DNA of 64,000 bases from assembly GCA_913043225.1 (NCBI GenBank), contig CAJWLU010000004.1:1-64000 (forward strand), in the 5' to 3' direction. The notes below the pieces were generated by a model that saw only the letters and a program-made list of their open reading frames with translations, did not search any database and was not told the DNA's origin. Numbering within the stretch: the first letter of the stretch is position 1; every line of letters begins with the position of its first letter. Shown piece by piece: positions 61,339-64,000 of the stretch. The position numbers and the translations under genes are program-made. Source of the DNA: an uncultured Acidobacteriota bacterium. GTDB lineage: Bacteria > Acidobacteriota > Vicinamibacteria > Vicinamibacterales > UBA8438.

Positions 61339-62862
61339 ATGGGCGGACCGGATCTCGCCGTCCTTGCGCTCTATCTCGTCGGCACCCTCTGGCTCGGACT
61401 CCGCTTCGCCGGTCCGCAACGCAACATCGACGACTATCTCCGAAACGGGCGACGCGCGCCCTGGTGGGTACTGACAGCATCGATCGTCGCAACCGAGACC
61501 AGCACCGTCACCGTTATCAGTATTCCCGGTTTCGCGTTCGGCACCGATCTGACGTTTCTCCAGCTAGTGATCGGGTATCTCGTCGGTCGGGTCGTAGTCA
61601 CCGTCGTACTCCTCCCCCGCTACTTCGCGGGCGACTACCTGACCGCCTATCAGATACTGACCGAACGTTTCGGCAGCGGCGTCGGACGGCTCGCCGCCGG
61701 GGTGTTCCTTATCACCAGAAACCTTGCGGACGGATTCAGGCTGTTCGGGGCCGGACTGGTCCTAGGCGCGGTACTGCTGACTCTTCCCGGCGCCTCGTCC
61801 CTCGCGACCGTGATCGTGCCTGGAAGCGCGCCAGCCACCACCCTACTGGTGGTCGGCGTGGTGCTACTCGGAACGATCACCATCATCTACACCTGGCTGG
61901 GCGGCATGAGCGCCGTCCTCTGGACGGACCTGCTCCAGCTCACCGTCTATGTCGGCGGCTCGGTGATCGCGGCCCTCATCCTGCTCGACCTGATCCCCGG
62001 CGGCTGGCTGGAGATTGGTGAGGTTGCTGGCAGCGCCGGACGACTGCGCCTTATCGACCTTTCGTGGTCGCTCGATCGCAGCTACACACTCTGGTCGGGC
62101 ATCATCGGCGGGGCGTTTCTAACCCTAGCCACGCATGGCACCGACCAGCTGCTCGTCCAGCGCTATCTGTGCACACGCTCGGCCAACGACGCCGGCCGCG
62201 CGCTGCTCTGGAGCGGCGTCCTCATCTTGCTTCAGTTCACCCTCTTTCTCTTGATCGGGGTAATGATGTTCGTCTACTACACGACCTACGCCCCGGACGC
62301 TCTCTCCGTCCTCGGAGCCGCGGGCTCGGTGCCCCCAGATCGGGTCTTCCCTCACTTCATTGTCACCGAGCTTCCCGCAGGCGTTCGGGGCATCATGGTG
62401 GCCGCGATTCTCGCCGCCGCCATGTCCACGCTCTCGTCGTCGCTGAGCGCCTCAGCGTCTACCACCCTGGCCGACTTCTATCTCCCCACGCGGCGACAGG
62501 AGCACACGCCGGCGCACGACCTCCGTGTGGCCCAGTGGTCCACTCTCGTCTGGGGTGTCGTCCAGCTCACGGTGGCGCTCGCGGCCATCAGCATCTCGGA
62601 CCGGATTATCGACGAGGTGCTCGGTATCTCGTCATTCACCGGCGGCCTAATCCTGGGGCTCTTTCTCCTTGGGGTGGCGGGATATCGTCGTCGCGCAACG
62701 GCCTATGCCGGCGTAGCCGGCGGGCTCGCCGTCATGCTGGGCATCCGCCTACTGACGACCGTCTCCTGGCAGTGGTATGTGCTTCTCGGAGCTACCGCGA
62801 CTATCCTGACCGGATGGCTTATCGACCGCTTCCTTGGAGACGAGACGATTGATACCCATTGA
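61339..62862 (+). CDS. Sodium:solute symporter family transporter
   Basis: SIVATETS, HGTDQLLVQRYL, AAILAAAMSTLSSSL; about 13 TM segments. Confidence 0.93.
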   Translation: MGGPDLAVLALYLVGTLWLGLRFAGPQRNIDDYLRNGRRAPWWVLTASIVATETSTVTVISIPGFAFGTDLTFLQLVIGYLVGRVVVTVVLLPRYFAGDYLTAYQILTERFGSGVGRLAAGVFLITRNLADGFRLFGAGLVLGAVLLTLPGASSLATVIVPGSAPATTLLVVGVVLLGTITIIYTWLGGMSAVLWTDLLQLTVYVGGSVIAALILLDLIPGGWLEIGEVAGSAGRLRLIDLSWSLDRSYTLWSGIIGGAFLTLATHGTDQLLVQRYLCTRSANDAGRALLWSGVLILLQFTLFLLIGVMMFVYYTTYAPDALSVLGAAGSVPPDRVFPHFIVTELPAGVRGIMVAAILAAAMSTLSSSLSASASTTLADFYLPTRRQEHTPAHDLRVAQWSTLVWGVVQLTVALAAISISDRIIDEVLGISSFTGGLILGLFLLGVAGYRRRATAYAGVAGGLAVMLGIRLLTTVSWQWYVLLGATATILTGWLIDRFLGDETIDTH

Positions 62863-63919
62863 TCGCTTTCGCGACATCTCGGCCATGATCGACCGGGCCA
62901 CCGAGACCAGGGTCTCGCCAGCTGTGGCCATCGAGGTTGGCCGTCCGGAGGGAGCGCTCTGGCGGCACGCCGCGGGACGTCTGACCTACGACGACGACGC
63001 CCCTGCTGCCACCCTGGAGACCATCTTCGATCTTGCCTCCCTGACCAAGGTCGTCGCCACCACATCGCTCGTCATGCGGGCCGTCGAGCAGGGCCAGCTT
63101 GAGCTGTCAGCCCAGGTGTCGGCCTATCTGCCCGCCTGGCAGGGACATGACCGTGACTCGGCCACCCTCCTTGACCTGCTCGAGCACGCCAGCGGTCTCA
63201 CGGCACATCTTCCCTTCTTCCGCGACCATCGAGGACGCGCAGAGTTTGAAGCGGCCATCTGCTCGCTCCCACTCGAATACTCGCCGCGGTCTCAATCGAT
63301 CTATAGCGATCTGGGCTTCATCCTGCTCGGTTTCATCCTAAGCGATGTCGTCGCCACGCCGCTCGATCGCCAGTGGGCGGAGCTCTCCGAGCAGCTCGAG
63401 CTTGGCGATCTCCGCTACCGCCCGCCACGGACGTGGCGCCCACGCATCGCGCCGACCGAGCTCGACCCGTGGCGCGGACGGCTCCTACAGGGTGAGGTTC
63501 ACGACGAGAACGGGTGGGCCCTCGACGGCGTCGCCGGGCACACTGGGCTGTTCGGCACGGTGGCCGCCGTCAGCCGTTTCGCCCGGGTCATGCTTGCCAC
63601 CATGACCAGGTCAACGCCGCTGGGCAGTCCCGACACGGCACGTCGCTTCTTCACCAGGACTACCGTCTCCGGAAGCTCGCGCGCCCTGGGGTGGGACACC
63701 ATGCTTCCCACGTCCTCTTGCGGCGACCGTCTGTCCCCCTCTGCAATCGGACACACGGGATTCACCGGCACCTCGCTCTGGATCGACCCCGACGCCGGCT
63801 TCTACGTCGTGCTCTTGACCAATCGCGTCTACCCTACCCGCGCCAACGAGGCCATCCTGGATCTGCGCCCCGCCATCCACAACGCCGTAGCTCAACGCCT
63901 CGCATCCGAACTGGCATGA
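62849..63919 (+). CDS. Serine hydrolase, beta-lactamase/AmpC-like family
   Basis: FDLASLTK (SxxK), YSDLGF, GEVHDEN, GHTGFTGTSLWIDP, LLTNRVYP; start uncertain. Confidence 0.92.
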   Translation: MIPIDRFRDISAMIDRATETRVSPAVAIEVGRPEGALWRHAAGRLTYDDDAPAATLETIFDLASLTKVVATTSLVMRAVEQGQLELSAQVSAYLPAWQGHDRDSATLLDLLEHASGLTAHLPFFRDHRGRAEFEAAICSLPLEYSPRSQSIYSDLGFILLGFILSDVVATPLDRQWAELSEQLELGDLRYRPPRTWRPRIAPTELDPWRGRLLQGEVHDENGWALDGVAGHTGLFGTVAAVSRFARVMLATMTRSTPLGSPDTARRFFTRTTVSGSSRALGWDTMLPTSSCGDRLSPSAIGHTGFTGTSLWIDPDAGFYVVLLTNRVYPTRANEAILDLRPAIHNAVAQRLASELA

Positions 63920-63923
63920 TCCC

Positions 63924-64000
63924 ATGGCGTTGACCGCGCTCGACTGGTCGATCCTCACTGTCTTCCTGCTCTTCCCTCTCGTGATCGCCGCCCGCTCAGC
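63924..64000 (+). CDS. Partial membrane protein, probably a second sodium:solute symporter
   Basis: MALTALDWSILTVFLLFPLVIAARS..., resembling typical SSS N-termini; runs off the window. Confidence 0.55.
   Translation, partial: MALTALDWSILTVFLLFPLVIAARS

Overview
High-GC bacterial chromosomal window of mostly core genes. Gene order and fusions (dnaE-accA-recJ-lpt-rpoN-hpf-rapZ, fused LptF/G, archaeal/fungal-type Asd) suggest an Acidobacteriota genome, possibly Vicinamibacteria-like; this is inference. Contents: apt, gdhA, tRNA-Arg(CCT), aguB-aguA with a convergent flavin amine oxidase, mutS, tsaB-rimI, psd-pssA, an orphan histidine kinase of over 1300 aa, a beta-propeller-SPOR protein, guaA-dnaE-accA-recJ-lptC/A-lptB-rpoN-(hpf)-rapZ, the tol-pal operon with ssb, recN-miaB, parAB, lptFG, metK, xerD, a metal-binding lipoprotein/c-type cytochrome pair, an aspartate-pathway operon (hom-thrC-TIGR00300-lysC-asd) and a murQ peptidoglycan-recycling cluster. 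No mobile element or CRISPR array was seen. The strongest unannotated signal is a complete ribosome-mediated transcription attenuator upstream of the hom operon: promoter, 26-aa leader with a Thr-Thr-Ala-Thr-Met run, 10-bp antiterminator overlapping the leader stop codon, and intrinsic terminator. That operon also embeds a TIGR00300 cyclodeaminase-like gene and lacks thrB. Other notable items are an internally deleted HPF, an amidohydrolase remnant, motif-eroded AccA, GHL10 and MurQ, and a giant LptC/LptA-like fusion. All family calls come from motif recognition, not database searches.
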